The notes: generated by a model from the letters alone, not told the origin. A stretch of DNA of 64,000 nt from Gemmatimonadales bacterium (GCA_041615815.1 JBFJCP010000015.1:32001-96000), one strand, 5' to 3'; positions 1 to 8,735 are shown, numbered from the stretch's first letter. Made by a program: numbers and translations.

Positions 1-2210
1 GCGGTCCGCGTGGCGTCGATCGAGGCACCGAGGATGCCGGGGAGCAACCCCAGGATGGCGAACGCCATCAGCGCCTTCAGGCTCCCGGAAAGCAGGATGA
101 ACCGCAGGGACAGCTGGTCGAGCAGCGGTGCGGCGGGGTCTCGAGGAGGGCGCTCCATCACCCCAGGATTACGATCGAGCCCGAGGGCAAGCGCCGGGGC
201 GCCGTCGGTGACGAGATTGATCCACAGCAGTTGCGCGGCCGTGAGCGGCAGCAACAGGTTACCCGCTTCGTCCCGCAAGCCCAGCAGGAACGACGCAAAG
301 ACGCCGATAGTGACGACGAGCACCTCGGACAGGTTGGTCGAGAAGAGGAACCTGATGAATTTCTGGATATTCTCGTAGATGCTGCGACCCTCTTCGATGG
401 CAGCCACGATCGTCGCGAAATTGTCGTCCAACAAAACGATGTCCGCGACCTCGCGGGTGACGTCACTCCCCCGCTCCCCCATCGCGACCCCCACGTCCGC
501 GCGTTTGAGGGCCGGAGCATCGTTGACGCCGTCGCCGGTGAGGGCCACGATCTCGCCCTCCTGTTTCAGCGCCTCCACGATGCGAAGCTTGTGCTCGGGG
601 CTGACCCGCGCAAAGACATGCGCCTCCCGCACGATGCGACGCAACTCGGGCTCGGACAGCGTGTCGAGGTCGGCACCGCTCACCACCTTCACGTCGTTGA
701 TCCCAACGTTGCGTGCCACCGTCAATGCGGTCGCCGGGTGATCGCCAGTGATCATCAATACCCGAATGCCGGCGGCGCGCGCACGGCGCACCGCATCCGG
801 CACTTCCGGCCGAGGTGGATCCCATAACAGAACGAGTCCGAGCCAGTGAAGCCCGGTCTCCGCATGCCCCTCCGCCCATGCGAGAGACAGGAGCCGGTAT
901 CCCTCCGCCGCATACGCGTCGATCTTCTCCCGCCAGGCTACCCGAGCGGCCGGAGACATCTCGCAGCGTTCCAGAAGGACTTCTGGTGCCCCCTTCACAT
1001 AACTGACGCTGCGTCCACCCTCGTATCCCGACACGCCCATGAACTTCCAGGCCGAATCAAACGGCCGGCTGGAGGTCCGCTCGAAGTCGTCGCGGAGGGC
1101 TCGAGGCTCTCGTTCGTGACGCTGCGCGTACGCGAGGAGGGCGATCTCTAGGGGGTCACCGGCGGCGCCGTCGGTTTCAGCGTCGTTGGCCAGCACCATG
1201 GCGCGAAACGCTCGGTCGAGTTCCGGCGTGTCGATCGCTCGCACCTCGAGGCGATTCTCCGTGATCGTTCCCGTCTTGTCGGTCGCGATCACGGTGACAG
1301 AGCCCAGGGCTTCGACGGCCGCCAACCGTCGCACGACGGCCTTGCGCTTGGCCATCCGCTCGACGCCGAGCGCCAACGTCACGGTGAGCACCGCTGGCAG
1401 CCCCTCCGGGACGGCCGCAACCGCCAACGCCACCGCGAAAAGCAGCACGTGCCCGATACGACTCATCCCCTCCACCAGCACGCCACCCACGGCGATCAGG
1501 ACCGCCAGTGCGAGGATCCACCGCGCCACGCGATGCCCAAAGGCTTCGAGGCGCCGCTCCAACGGCGTGCGCTCGGCCGTGACCTCGCCGAGCATGGTGG
1601 CGAGACGGCCCATCGCGCTCGTGGGCCCGGTGCGCTGGACCTCGAGGTAGGCCTTGCCGCGCACCACCAGCGTGCCCGACAACGCCTCGTCCCCGACGTG
1701 CTTTTCCACCGGCAGGGACTCTCCGGTGAGCACCGATTCGTCCGCCGCCAGGTTTTCCGCCGTTCGGAGCGCCGCATCCGCCGGCACGCGGTCTCCGGCC
1801 TGCAGCCGAATGACGTCGCCCGGAACCAACGCGCGGCTCGGGAGATGGACGAGCGTGCCGTCGCGGAGCGTCCAGACCATGGGCGCAGCCAGCGCACGCA
1901 GCTTCTCGAGGGCGCTCTCGGCCTTGTGTTCCTGCCAGACACCGAGCGCTGCATTGAAGAGCAAGATCAGCCCGATGGCCACCGCCTCGAGCGGAAGCCC
2001 TTCACCCCGTTCGCCCACCCACACCGCGAGATCAACGGCCAGCGCAAACAGCAGAATGTAGATGAGGGGACTCTGGAACTGTCTTGCGAACCGACGCCAC
2101 AGCCGTTCGGGTGGCGTCTCGGGAAGCGCGTTGGGTCCAACTTGCTCCAGGGATCGTCGAGCCTCCTCAGTAGAAAGTCCCCGCGGCGAGCTCAGCGATT
2201 CGACTGGCAT
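1..2210 (-). CDS. Cation-translocating P-type ATPase (P2/Ca2+-like); runs off the left window edge
   Basis: Not in the ORF track because there is no stop in the window. Manual translation from ATG 2210 gives MPVESLSSPRGLSTEEARRSLEQVGPNAL...FQSPLIYILL, with LTGES (~1720), AVPEGLP (~1400), phosphorylation site DKTGT (~1270) and GDGVNDAP (~525). Confidence 0.95.
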   Translation of the reverse strand, partial: MPVESLSSPRGLSTEEARRSLEQVGPNALPETPPERLWRRFARQFQSPLIYILLFALAVDLAVWVGERGEGLPLEAVAIGLILLFNAALGVWQEHKAESALEKLRALAAPMVWTLRDGTLVHLPSRALVPGDVIRLQAGDRVPADAALRTAENLAADESVLTGESLPVEKHVGDEALSGTLVVRGKAYLEVQRTGPTSAMGRLATMLGEVTAERTPLERRLEAFGHRVARWILALAVLIAVGGVLVEGMSRIGHVLLFAVALAVAAVPEGLPAVLTVTLALGVERMAKRKAVVRRLAAVEALGSVTVIATDKTGTITENRLEVRAIDTPELDRAFRAMVLANDAETDGAAGDPLEIALLAYAQRHEREPRALRDDFERTSSRPFDSAWKFMGVSGYEGGRSVSYVKGAPEVLLERCEMSPAARVAWREKIDAYAAEGYRLLSLAWAEGHAETGLHWLGLVLLWDPPRPEVPDAVRRARAAGIRVLMITGDHPATALTVARNVGINDVKVVSGADLDTLSEPELRRIVREAHVFARVSPEHKLRIVEALKQEGEIVALTGDGVNDAPALKRADVGVAMGERGSDVTREVADIVLLDDNFATIVAAIEEGRSIYENIQKFIRFLFSTNLSEVLVVTIGVFASFLLGLRDEAGNLLLPLTAAQLLWINLVTDGAPALALGLDRNPGVMERPPRDPAAPLLDQLSLRFILLSGSLKALMAFAILGLLPGILGASIDATRT

Positions 2211-2223
2211 CGAGCGCACATCC

Positions 2224-3219
2224 TCATGGACTGGTGAGGCGGTAGGTCGCGTACAACCCGGCGAGATACGTGAAGACCATGAACGCCGGCCCGGGTTCGA
2301 GGATCCAAATCCGGCGCTCCGATTTGTTCATGACGTCCAGCATGGCGAGCGTCATCAAGAGCGTACCGAACAGACCACCCACGGCGAGGCCCGGGTCGAC
2401 CTCGGCCAGCATTGAACCGGCTCCATGGACCAGGTCGAGCGGCACTAGCGCTGCCATGTTGAAGCAGTTGCTCCCCAGGAGATTGCCCACGGCCAGGTTG
2501 TAGGAGCCCGCCCTCACACTCCTGAACGAGACCGCTGCCTCCGGCAGCGATGTGGTGATCGCGAGTAAGAGCATCCCAGCGAAGCCCTGCGCGACGCCGA
2601 GTTGGTCAGCGAGACGCGCCGTCGAAGCAGCCAGCGAGGGTGCGGCCACCAGAATCACGAGCGCCGCCAAGGCGAACCAGACGAAGGCACGCTGGAGCGC
2701 GCGGGGGTGCGCCTTCCGTTGCTCGACTTCCGCGGGTGTCCGAAACGGTGGCTCCTCACGATTGCGATGGAGCAAACGCATACCGACGATGTACACGAAC
2801 CCTACCACCGCCGTAGACCAGCCGAAGGGAACGCTTCGCGGTCCCGCACCGGCGAGCACACCCAAGACGGCAAGCACGGTCAGAAGCACGCCGAGGGTAC
2901 CCACCAGCACCTGATTCATGGCAACGCGGGTGAGCAGCCGGGGCTGCCTCGTGGTCAGATCTGCCACGGCGAGGACGAACATGTTGGCCATACTCGAGCC
3001 AAACAGATCGCCCACGGCCAGCGAGACATTCTGTTGCAGCACGGCGTTGATGTCGGTGACGAGCTCGGGGAGCGACGTGGCCGCCGCCACGAGAATCGCG
3101 CCCACCCACATGCCCCCGAGCCCCGTGCCGCTGGCGATGGTGTCACCGTCTTTCGCCAGCCGCATACCGGCGCCGGCCACGGCGGCACCGCTCAGGAGAA
3201 AAGTGAGCCATATAGGCAT
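2224..3219 (-). CDS. Sodium:calcium (CaCA family) antiporter
   Basis: Hydrophobic protein with two alpha-repeats (ATSLPE...GDLFGS and TTSLPE...GNLLGSN). Start moved to MPIWL, which follows AAGGAG. Confidence 0.9.
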   Translation of the reverse strand: MPIWLTFLLSGAAVAGAGMRLAKDGDTIASGTGLGGMWVGAILVAAATSLPELVTDINAVLQQNVSLAVGDLFGSSMANMFVLAVADLTTRQPRLLTRVAMNQVLVGTLGVLLTVLAVLGVLAGAGPRSVPFGWSTAVVGFVYIVGMRLLHRNREEPPFRTPAEVEQRKAHPRALQRAFVWFALAALVILVAAPSLAASTARLADQLGVAQGFAGMLLLAITTSLPEAAVSFRSVRAGSYNLAVGNLLGSNCFNMAALVPLDLVHGAGSMLAEVDPGLAVGGLFGTLLMTLAMLDVMNKSERRIWILEPGPAFMVFTYLAGLYATYRLTSP

Positions 3220-3538
3220 CGCGGGCACGCTCCTTCGCGCGCTGTGCACTGGAGCAAGAGTGCCGGATCACCGAGAGGCACTACCGGAAGCCCCGCTCTC
3301 GCGACGGGCGAGTCCGCGCTGCGGGGTACGCGCGAGCATGGACGGCTACCACGGCCAAGCTCGGTGCGTTCGGATGAAGGAAGTGTGAAACGGTGTTCAG
3401 CGAGCGGTCAAGCGGCACGCCACGCCGCGCGGGGAGAATGCGAGATGCGCGTACCCTGCGGCCGGTCAGGACCTAGACCCTCAGGCGGCCGCGGCGACCT
3501 CCGAGATTGCGAATCCCCGGCCTAGGGCGTGACCGGGA

Positions 3539-3760
3539 TTATCCTTTGTAGCGGTAGGTGATACGGCCGCGGCTGAGATCGTAGGGCGAGAGAGCCACGG
3601 TGACCCGGTCACCGGCGAGCACGCGAATCCTGAAGCGGCGCATCTTCCCGGCGAGGGTACAGAGCACCGTATGCGAGTTCTCGAGCAGCACGCGGAACAT
3701 GGCGTTGGGCAGCACCTCGGTGACCGTGCCTTCCAGCTCGATCGCATCAGTTTTTGCCAT
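3539..3760 (-). CDS. infA: Translation initiation factor IF-1
   Basis: [24 protein letters not shown]...[33 protein letters not shown], 73 aa. Confidence 0.97.
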   Translation of the reverse strand: MAKTDAIELEGTVTEVLPNAMFRVLLENSHTVLCTLAGKMRRFRIRVLAGDRVTVALSPYDLSRGRITYRYKG

Positions 3761-3771
3761 CGGGAGCCGTT

Positions 3772-3966
3772 CTAGGATCGGCGCTGGCGGAAGCGGCGAC
3801 GTCGACGTGCGGCAGCCTGCGCTTTCTTGCGCTTGGCCTCGCTGGGCTTCACGTAATAGCGCTTCTGCCTGAGGTCTTTGAGAATCCCCGAACGCTGCAC
3901 TTTGCGTCGAAAGGCCTTGATGGCCCATTCGACTCGATCGTCATCCCCGAGAATGATCTCGGTCAT
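3772..3966 (-). CDS. rpsU: 30S ribosomal protein bS21
   Basis: [58 protein letters not shown] upstream. Confidence 0.93.
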   Translation of the reverse strand: MTEIILGDDDRVEWAIKAFRRKVQRSGILKDLRQKRYYVKPSEAKRKKAQAAARRRRRFRQRRS

Positions 3967-3998
3967 CGAAACTCCTTTCGTTCCACCAACTGGAATTG

Positions 3999-4033
3999 AA
4001 ACGGGGCCACCCCCATCGGAGTGGACCCCGTTT
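3999..4033 (-). terminator. Terminator/attenuator-like hairpin between csp and rpsU
   Basis: AAACGGGG-CCAC ... GTGG-A-CCCCGTTT stem; on the minus strand it ends in TTTCAATT (short U tract). Confidence 0.5.
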
Positions 4034-4062
4034 TGACTCAATCACGCAACAACAGAATGGAC

Positions 4063-4275
4063 TCAGTCGCCGACTGGGCTAACGTTCTGCGCCGCAGGTC
4101 CCTTCTGCCCCTGGACCACGTCGAACTCCACCTGCTGTCCCTCGCGGAGGGACTTGAAGCCCGTGCCGTTGATCGCCGAGTGATGGACGAATACGTCCTT
4201 CTCTCCGTTCTCGGGCGTGATGAAACCAAAGCCTTTTGCGTCGTTGAACCACTTCACGGTTCCTCGGGTACGCAT
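4063..4275 (-). CDS. csp: Cold-shock protein (CspA family)
   Basis: [15 protein letters not shown] (RNP1) and DVFVHHSAI (RNP2), 70 aa; GAGGAG RBS. Confidence 0.97.
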   Translation of the reverse strand: MRTRGTVKWFNDAKGFGFITPENGEKDVFVHHSAINGTGFKSLREGQQVEFDVVQGQKGPAAQNVSPVGD

Positions 4276-4398
4276 GCCGTACTCCTCTTGTTCTGTCGAT
4301 GTTCGTCGGAGTCCGGTCGTACCGTACTAGCCGAGCGTCCATCTTTTTCCGCGCGGCGCTGTCGCCCCCGCGCTGGGCTGCCGCGTTCGCGGCACGGA

Positions 4399-4434
4399 CA
4401 ACAAAAACGAGGACTGGCGTCCTGCCGGTCCTCG
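4399..4434 (-). terminator. Intrinsic terminator-like hairpin between the DEAD gene and csp
   Basis: Minus strand CGAGGACCGGC-AGGAC-GCCAGTCCTCG followed by TTTTTGTTG (11-bp stem, one mismatch). Confidence 0.6.
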
Positions 4435-4554
4435 AGCATGTCACTCGTATGGTCGCACCCCCCAGAGGGGCGCTTGTGACGCCAGCACAATGTAATGACT
4501 GGGCCCCTCCAGTGCCAGGGCAGACGGCCTGGAGCTCCGGGGGCCCTGCGCCCA

Positions 4555-5769
4555 CTACCGCCTCCGGGCCCTCCCCCGTCTGTGCCCCAGGGAAGGGCCG
4601 GTCGGCCGGGGCCGGGAAGCGCGTTCGTCGGGCTGGAGCGGCGTGACGGCGGGCTCGAAACCCGGCAGAATTTGCCGCTCAAACGTGCGACCCATCAGCT
4701 TCTCGACATCGCGCATCATGAGCCACTCATCGGGAGACATGAGCGTGAGAGCCAGCCCCTCCGCGCCCGCCCGAGCCGTACGCCCCACCCGATGCACGTA
4801 CACTTCCGGATCATTGGGGACGTCGAAGTTGACCACGAGAGCAATATCGTCGACGTCGATGCCGCGGGCCGCCACATCGGTGGCTACCAGGATCCGGGTT
4901 TTCCCCTCCCGGAATCGGTCGAGCGCCCGGTTGCGCAATATCTGGGTCTTGCCGCCGTGGAGCGCCATCACGTCGTTGCCCTCGCGGCGCAGGTGGTGGG
5001 CCAACTTCTCCGCCCCGAACTTGGTCCGGGTGAAGACCAGGGTCTTCGCGGCTGGGAGCTCAAGGAGCATTTTGGCGAGGACACGCCGCTTGGCCGCCTT
5101 GTCCACGGCCACCAGGATGTGCTCCACGCCGTCGGCCGCTTCGGCCCGCTTCCCGATCTCCACGGCCGCATGGCCGTTTAGCGCCCGCTGGGCCAGTCGG
5201 TCCACATCCCCCGAGATGGTGGCCGAGAAGAGCATCGTCTGGCGCTCAGCCGGCAACGAGTCGAGGATCCGATTGACGTCTCTCGCGAACCCCATGTCCA
5301 GCATCCGGTCCGCTTCATCGAGCACGAGCACTTCGAGGCGCGAGCTGTCTACGTGGCCACGACCCATGTGATCGAGCAGCCGACCCGGTGTCGCCACTAC
5401 GATATCGACGCCTCCCTTCAGCGCCCGCGTCTGCGGATGCATCGCCACCCCGCCGTACACGGCGACTGCCTGCATACGGCTGTGTCGGCCGTAGGCGCGG
5501 GCACTGTTCACCACCTGCTCGGCGAGCTCGCGCGTGGGCACGAGCACCAATGCCCTCAGTGTTCGTCGCTGCCCACCCTGCAACCGCTGCAGGATGGGAA
5601 GCAGGAAGGCAGCGGTCTTCCCAGTACCCGTTTGCGCCGAGCCCACCAGGTCGCGACCCTCCAATCCCAACGGAATGGCCTCCCGCTGAATGGGCGTGGG
5701 CTCGGTGTAACCCTCGTCTTCGACTGCCTGTAACAATTCGGGCGCAAGGCCCAGAGACGCAAAAGTCAT
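4555..5769 (-). CDS. DEAD-box ATP-dependent RNA helicase (RhlE-like)
   Basis: Q motif (PTPIQ), AQTGTGKT, PTRELA, TPGRL, DEAD, SAT, ARGID, HRVGRTAR; basic C-terminal tail. Confidence 0.96.
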   Translation of the reverse strand: MTFASLGLAPELLQAVEDEGYTEPTPIQREAIPLGLEGRDLVGSAQTGTGKTAAFLLPILQRLQGGQRRTLRALVLVPTRELAEQVVNSARAYGRHSRMQAVAVYGGVAMHPQTRALKGGVDIVVATPGRLLDHMGRGHVDSSRLEVLVLDEADRMLDMGFARDVNRILDSLPAERQTMLFSATISGDVDRLAQRALNGHAAVEIGKRAEAADGVEHILVAVDKAAKRRVLAKMLLELPAAKTLVFTRTKFGAEKLAHHLRREGNDVMALHGGKTQILRNRALDRFREGKTRILVATDVAARGIDVDDIALVVNFDVPNDPEVYVHRVGRTARAGAEGLALTLMSPDEWLMMRDVEKLMGRTFERQILPGFEPAVTPLQPDERASRPRPTGPSLGHRRGRARRR

Positions 5770-5852
5770 TTGTTCCGTACCAATCCTCGTACCGGTGTAC
5801 GCACGCATGCCGACGACGCTCCAGTCATCGGAGACACGTGCCGTTGTGAATG

Positions 5853-5970
5853 TGAACCTGAGGAGGTCAGCGACGAGACTCGACGCGCGTCGGTACCCCT
5901 GAGCCGGGGACCATTCTACAGGAGAGAAGATGCCAGCTCGCGGTTCTTCCTACAGCATGCAAGCTAACGG
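5853..5970 (-). promoter_or_regulatory. Conserved upstream/leader element, copy 1 (upstream of DEAD helicase)
   Basis: CCGTTAGCTTGCA...AAGAACCGC.GAGC.GG.ATCTTC...CCCC/GGGG hairpin...CTCCTCAGGTTCA; colinear with 27876-27993. Confidence 0.7.
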
Positions 5971-6004
5971 GTTATGGCCCAGCGTGGTACCCGGGGCTCG
6001 AAAC

Positions 6005-7171
6005 TCAGAACTCGATGGAAACTAGCCGGAATCCAAGACCGGGGCGGCGGCCCACGCTGCCGTCACGGTTCAGCCTGGGGATGGTCACGGGTACTGGCAG
6101 TGGCACCCCGAAGCGATCACCGCTCCCCCGCTCGAAGAGGGCGGCGGCCCCCAACCCCCCTGGGGCTGGCTCGTCCGATCGGCCCTTCCCAAGGGTAGCC
6201 GCCGCACCGATCACCAACCCGACGATGGAGCCGACGGCAGGAATCGCGACAGCGACTTTCTCGTCATCCGGTTCTGCGATGAGGTCAATCCCCAACCCGG
6301 CCAGACCCCCGGCGACACCGGCAATGGAGACAAGACGCACCTGGCTCACGCTCGGCCGCCACCTCCGGGCGGCCGGAATCCCCGTAAGCAACAAGCCGTT
6401 CCCCCCCAACAACCCATAAGTCAGGAGGGCGTCGTGCTCCGCACCGGCCAATACGCCCGCCACGAAGCCAAACCACGTACCCCATAAGGCGGCGTCATTC
6501 ACGAGCGCGGCATCCCCGGCCGGAATGTTTCGTCCGGCGAGGAAGCCCCCGACGGCCATCCCGCTCAACCCTCCCACGAGCGCAGCCACCCATGGAGCCT
6601 CGTCCGTGGTATCCTCGAAACAGAACTCCCCACCATTCGTGAAGCAGATTTCGTTTTCCCCGAGATCCAGCACCTCCCGCCACCCGAGCGCCTGCCAGGA
6701 GCCCCACGTGAAGCTGAAGCCATAGGCGCGAGCTTGACCCGAGCTGATCCCGTGCCGGCGGGTGAGGGCGAGCGAGCTCAACAATCCCGCAGTGGGGCCG
6801 ACGAGCAATCCCGCCCCGTAGGGCGGTGACTCGTCCGCTCCGAGGGCCGCGGGTACCACGACCCCGAGCCACGCGCCGATCAGTGTATTCGTCACGACGA
6901 ATTCCGTGCGACCCCCACCCGCCACGCGCGCACGATCGATCGTGTCCAGCAGGGCGGCTGCATCAGCGGCCACCGGCGTGGTGCGGTACCAGCGAAGCAC
7001 GTAGCGCAGCAACTCGACGGCGAGGTCGCGCTCCCCTTCGGCAGCAAGTCGATGGGCCGTCTCGACGAGCACTGCGGCGGAGTCGTTAGGCGTCATTTGG
7101 GCACGGACGGGCGGCGAGGAGACGCCCATGCCGAGGGCAGCGAGAATGAGTCCGAGAACGGCGGCGCGCAT
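6005..7171 (-). CDS. Exported glycine-rich membrane protein of unknown function
   Basis: Signal peptide MRAAVLGLILAALG...VRA-Q, a short helical TPR-like segment, repeated Gly-rich hydrophobic hairpins, C-terminal Phe. The longer ORF-track N-terminus is unlikely. Confidence 0.75.
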   Translation of the reverse strand: MRAAVLGLILAALGMGVSSPPVRAQMTPNDSAAVLVETAHRLAAEGERDLAVELLRYVLRWYRTTPVAADAAALLDTIDRARVAGGGRTEFVVTNTLIGAWLGVVVPAALGADESPPYGAGLLVGPTAGLLSSLALTRRHGISSGQARAYGFSFTWGSWQALGWREVLDLGENEICFTNGGEFCFEDTTDEAPWVAALVGGLSGMAVGGFLAGRNIPAGDAALVNDAALWGTWFGFVAGVLAGAEHDALLTYGLLGGNGLLLTGIPAARRWRPSVSQVRLVSIAGVAGGLAGLGIDLIAEPDDEKVAVAIPAVGSIVGLVIGAAATLGKGRSDEPAPGGLGAAALFERGSGDRFGVPLPVPVTIPRLNRDGSVGRRPGLGFRLVSIEF

Positions 7172-7595
7172 GGCTCGGTCCACACTGGAGTCTGTGATGG
7201 TACCCCGCGGGCAGAGGTGAGTTCGAGCGCGCATCCCGAACCTCGCTTGGCGTCGATTCCAGGCCCCATCCATCCACCAATCGCTCGAGCCTTCTAGCCT
7301 GACTCGACCCCGCTCGCTATCCTCTTTATATCGATCCGGATATGCAATCCGTGATCCGACCAGTTCCTCGCCCCCGAGGGAGCATGACGGTCGGAGCCGG
7401 ATCGAGCCGGAGGCTGGCCGTGATGGGGCGGCCGGTCGGCTATATTGCCAAGAGCCGCGACCAGCGCTTGCGCGCAGCGAAGGCCACGGGGGGATGTGGC
7501 CGCTCTCGCGAGGTTGCACTCGTAACTTCACATCCTTCACCACTCAATCGTAACGCGCAGCGGCGTGTTCTGGACGCTGTGTTTGTTCGTGGAGC

Positions 7596-8735
7596 ATGAA
7601 TTCCTTAGGCGTCTTACAATTGACCGACCGCGGCTCCGGGTTCATTCGACGGCGCGAGGCGAATTATCTTCCGTCGTCCCGCGACATCTTCGTGCCACCG
7701 GGCGTCGTGCGGCGTTTCGAGCTCCGCACCGGTGACGAGATTGCTGGCGACGTCGGCAAGTCTCCGGGCCGTGGGAAGAAACCACCACTGAAGAAGGTCA
7801 CCGAGATCAACGGGCGACCGCCGGCTGACGTGAAGGGACGGCTCGAGTTCACGCGGCGGAGCGCCATCCATCCCGATGAGCAGCTCGTGCTCGAGTGCGG
7901 GCTCGAGCGCTACGGCCAGCCCGACTATACCAATCGCGTCATCGATCTCTTATGCCCCTTTGGACTTGGTCAGCGCGCGCTCATCGTGGCGCCAGCCAAG
8001 GCGGGAAAGACCATGGTGCTGCAAGCCGTGGCCCAGGGCATCGTGCAAAATCGCCCCGATTCGCAGCTCCTCATTCTCCTGGTGGATGAACGTCCGGAGG
8101 AGGTAACGGAGATGGAATCGTGTGGCTTTGGGGAGGTCGTGGCATCGAGCTTCGACTTTCCGCCGGATCGGCACATCGCGTTGGCGCAGCTGACCCTCGA
8201 GCGCGCCCGGCGGCGCGTCGAGTTGGGGGAAGATGTCGTGATCATCTTGGATTCGATCACCCGACTCGCGCGTACCTTCAACGCCGTCGAGCGTGGCAGT
8301 GGAAAGACACTCTCCGGGGGGCTCGACGCCACGTCCCTGGAGGAGCCCAAACGGTTCCTCGGCAGCGCGCGCAACATCAACCGCGCCCAGGGGGGTGGCT
8401 CGCTCACCATCATCGGGACAGCCCTGATCGATACGGGATCCAAGATGGATCAGGTGATCTACGAGGAATTCAAGGGAACCGGCAATAGCGAGCTAGTGTT
8501 GAGCCGTGAGCTCGCCGAACGCAGGATCTTCCCGGCCTTTGATCTCACCGCTTCGGCAACACGACGAGAAGAGCTCTTGCTTTCCGAGGAGGTGCTCCGA
8601 GCCTCGCAGTTGCTGCGCAAGCGGCTGGCCAACGTCCCACCGGTGGACGCGATGAACGAGCTCTTGTCGCTGATGAAAGGGACGAAGACGAATGCCGAGT
8701 TCGTGCAGAAGATCGTAAGCGCAGACCAGCGCTGA
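7596..8735 (+). CDS. rho: Transcription termination factor Rho, short form
   Basis: RNA-binding domain GVLQL..GSGFIR; Walker A APAKAGKT; DERPEEVT; LDSITRLAR; EFKGTGN; TRREELL. Confidence 0.95.
   Translation: MNSLGVLQLTDRGSGFIRRREANYLPSSRDIFVPPGVVRRFELRTGDEIAGDVGKSPGRGKKPPLKKVTEINGRPPADVKGRLEFTRRSAIHPDEQLVLECGLERYGQPDYTNRVIDLLCPFGLGQRALIVAPAKAGKTMVLQAVAQGIVQNRPDSQLLILLVDERPEEVTEMESCGFGEVVASSFDFPPDRHIALAQLTLERARRRVELGEDVVIILDSITRLARTFNAVERGSGKTLSGGLDATSLEEPKRFLGSARNINRAQGGGSLTIIGTALIDTGSKMDQVIYEEFKGTGNSELVLSRELAERRIFPAFDLTASATRREELLLSEEVLRASQLLRKRLANVPPVDAMNELLSLMKGTKTNAEFVQKIVSADQR

Noticed and set aside
3539..3928. 129-aa N-terminally extended IF-1 in the ORF track
   Set aside because: The extension overlaps rpsU in another frame; the canonical MAK start is at 3760
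4503..4517. Sigma54-like TGGCAC upstream of csp
   Set aside because: The -12 box reads GGGC rather than TTGC; a sigma70-type -10 (TACATT) explains the region equally well
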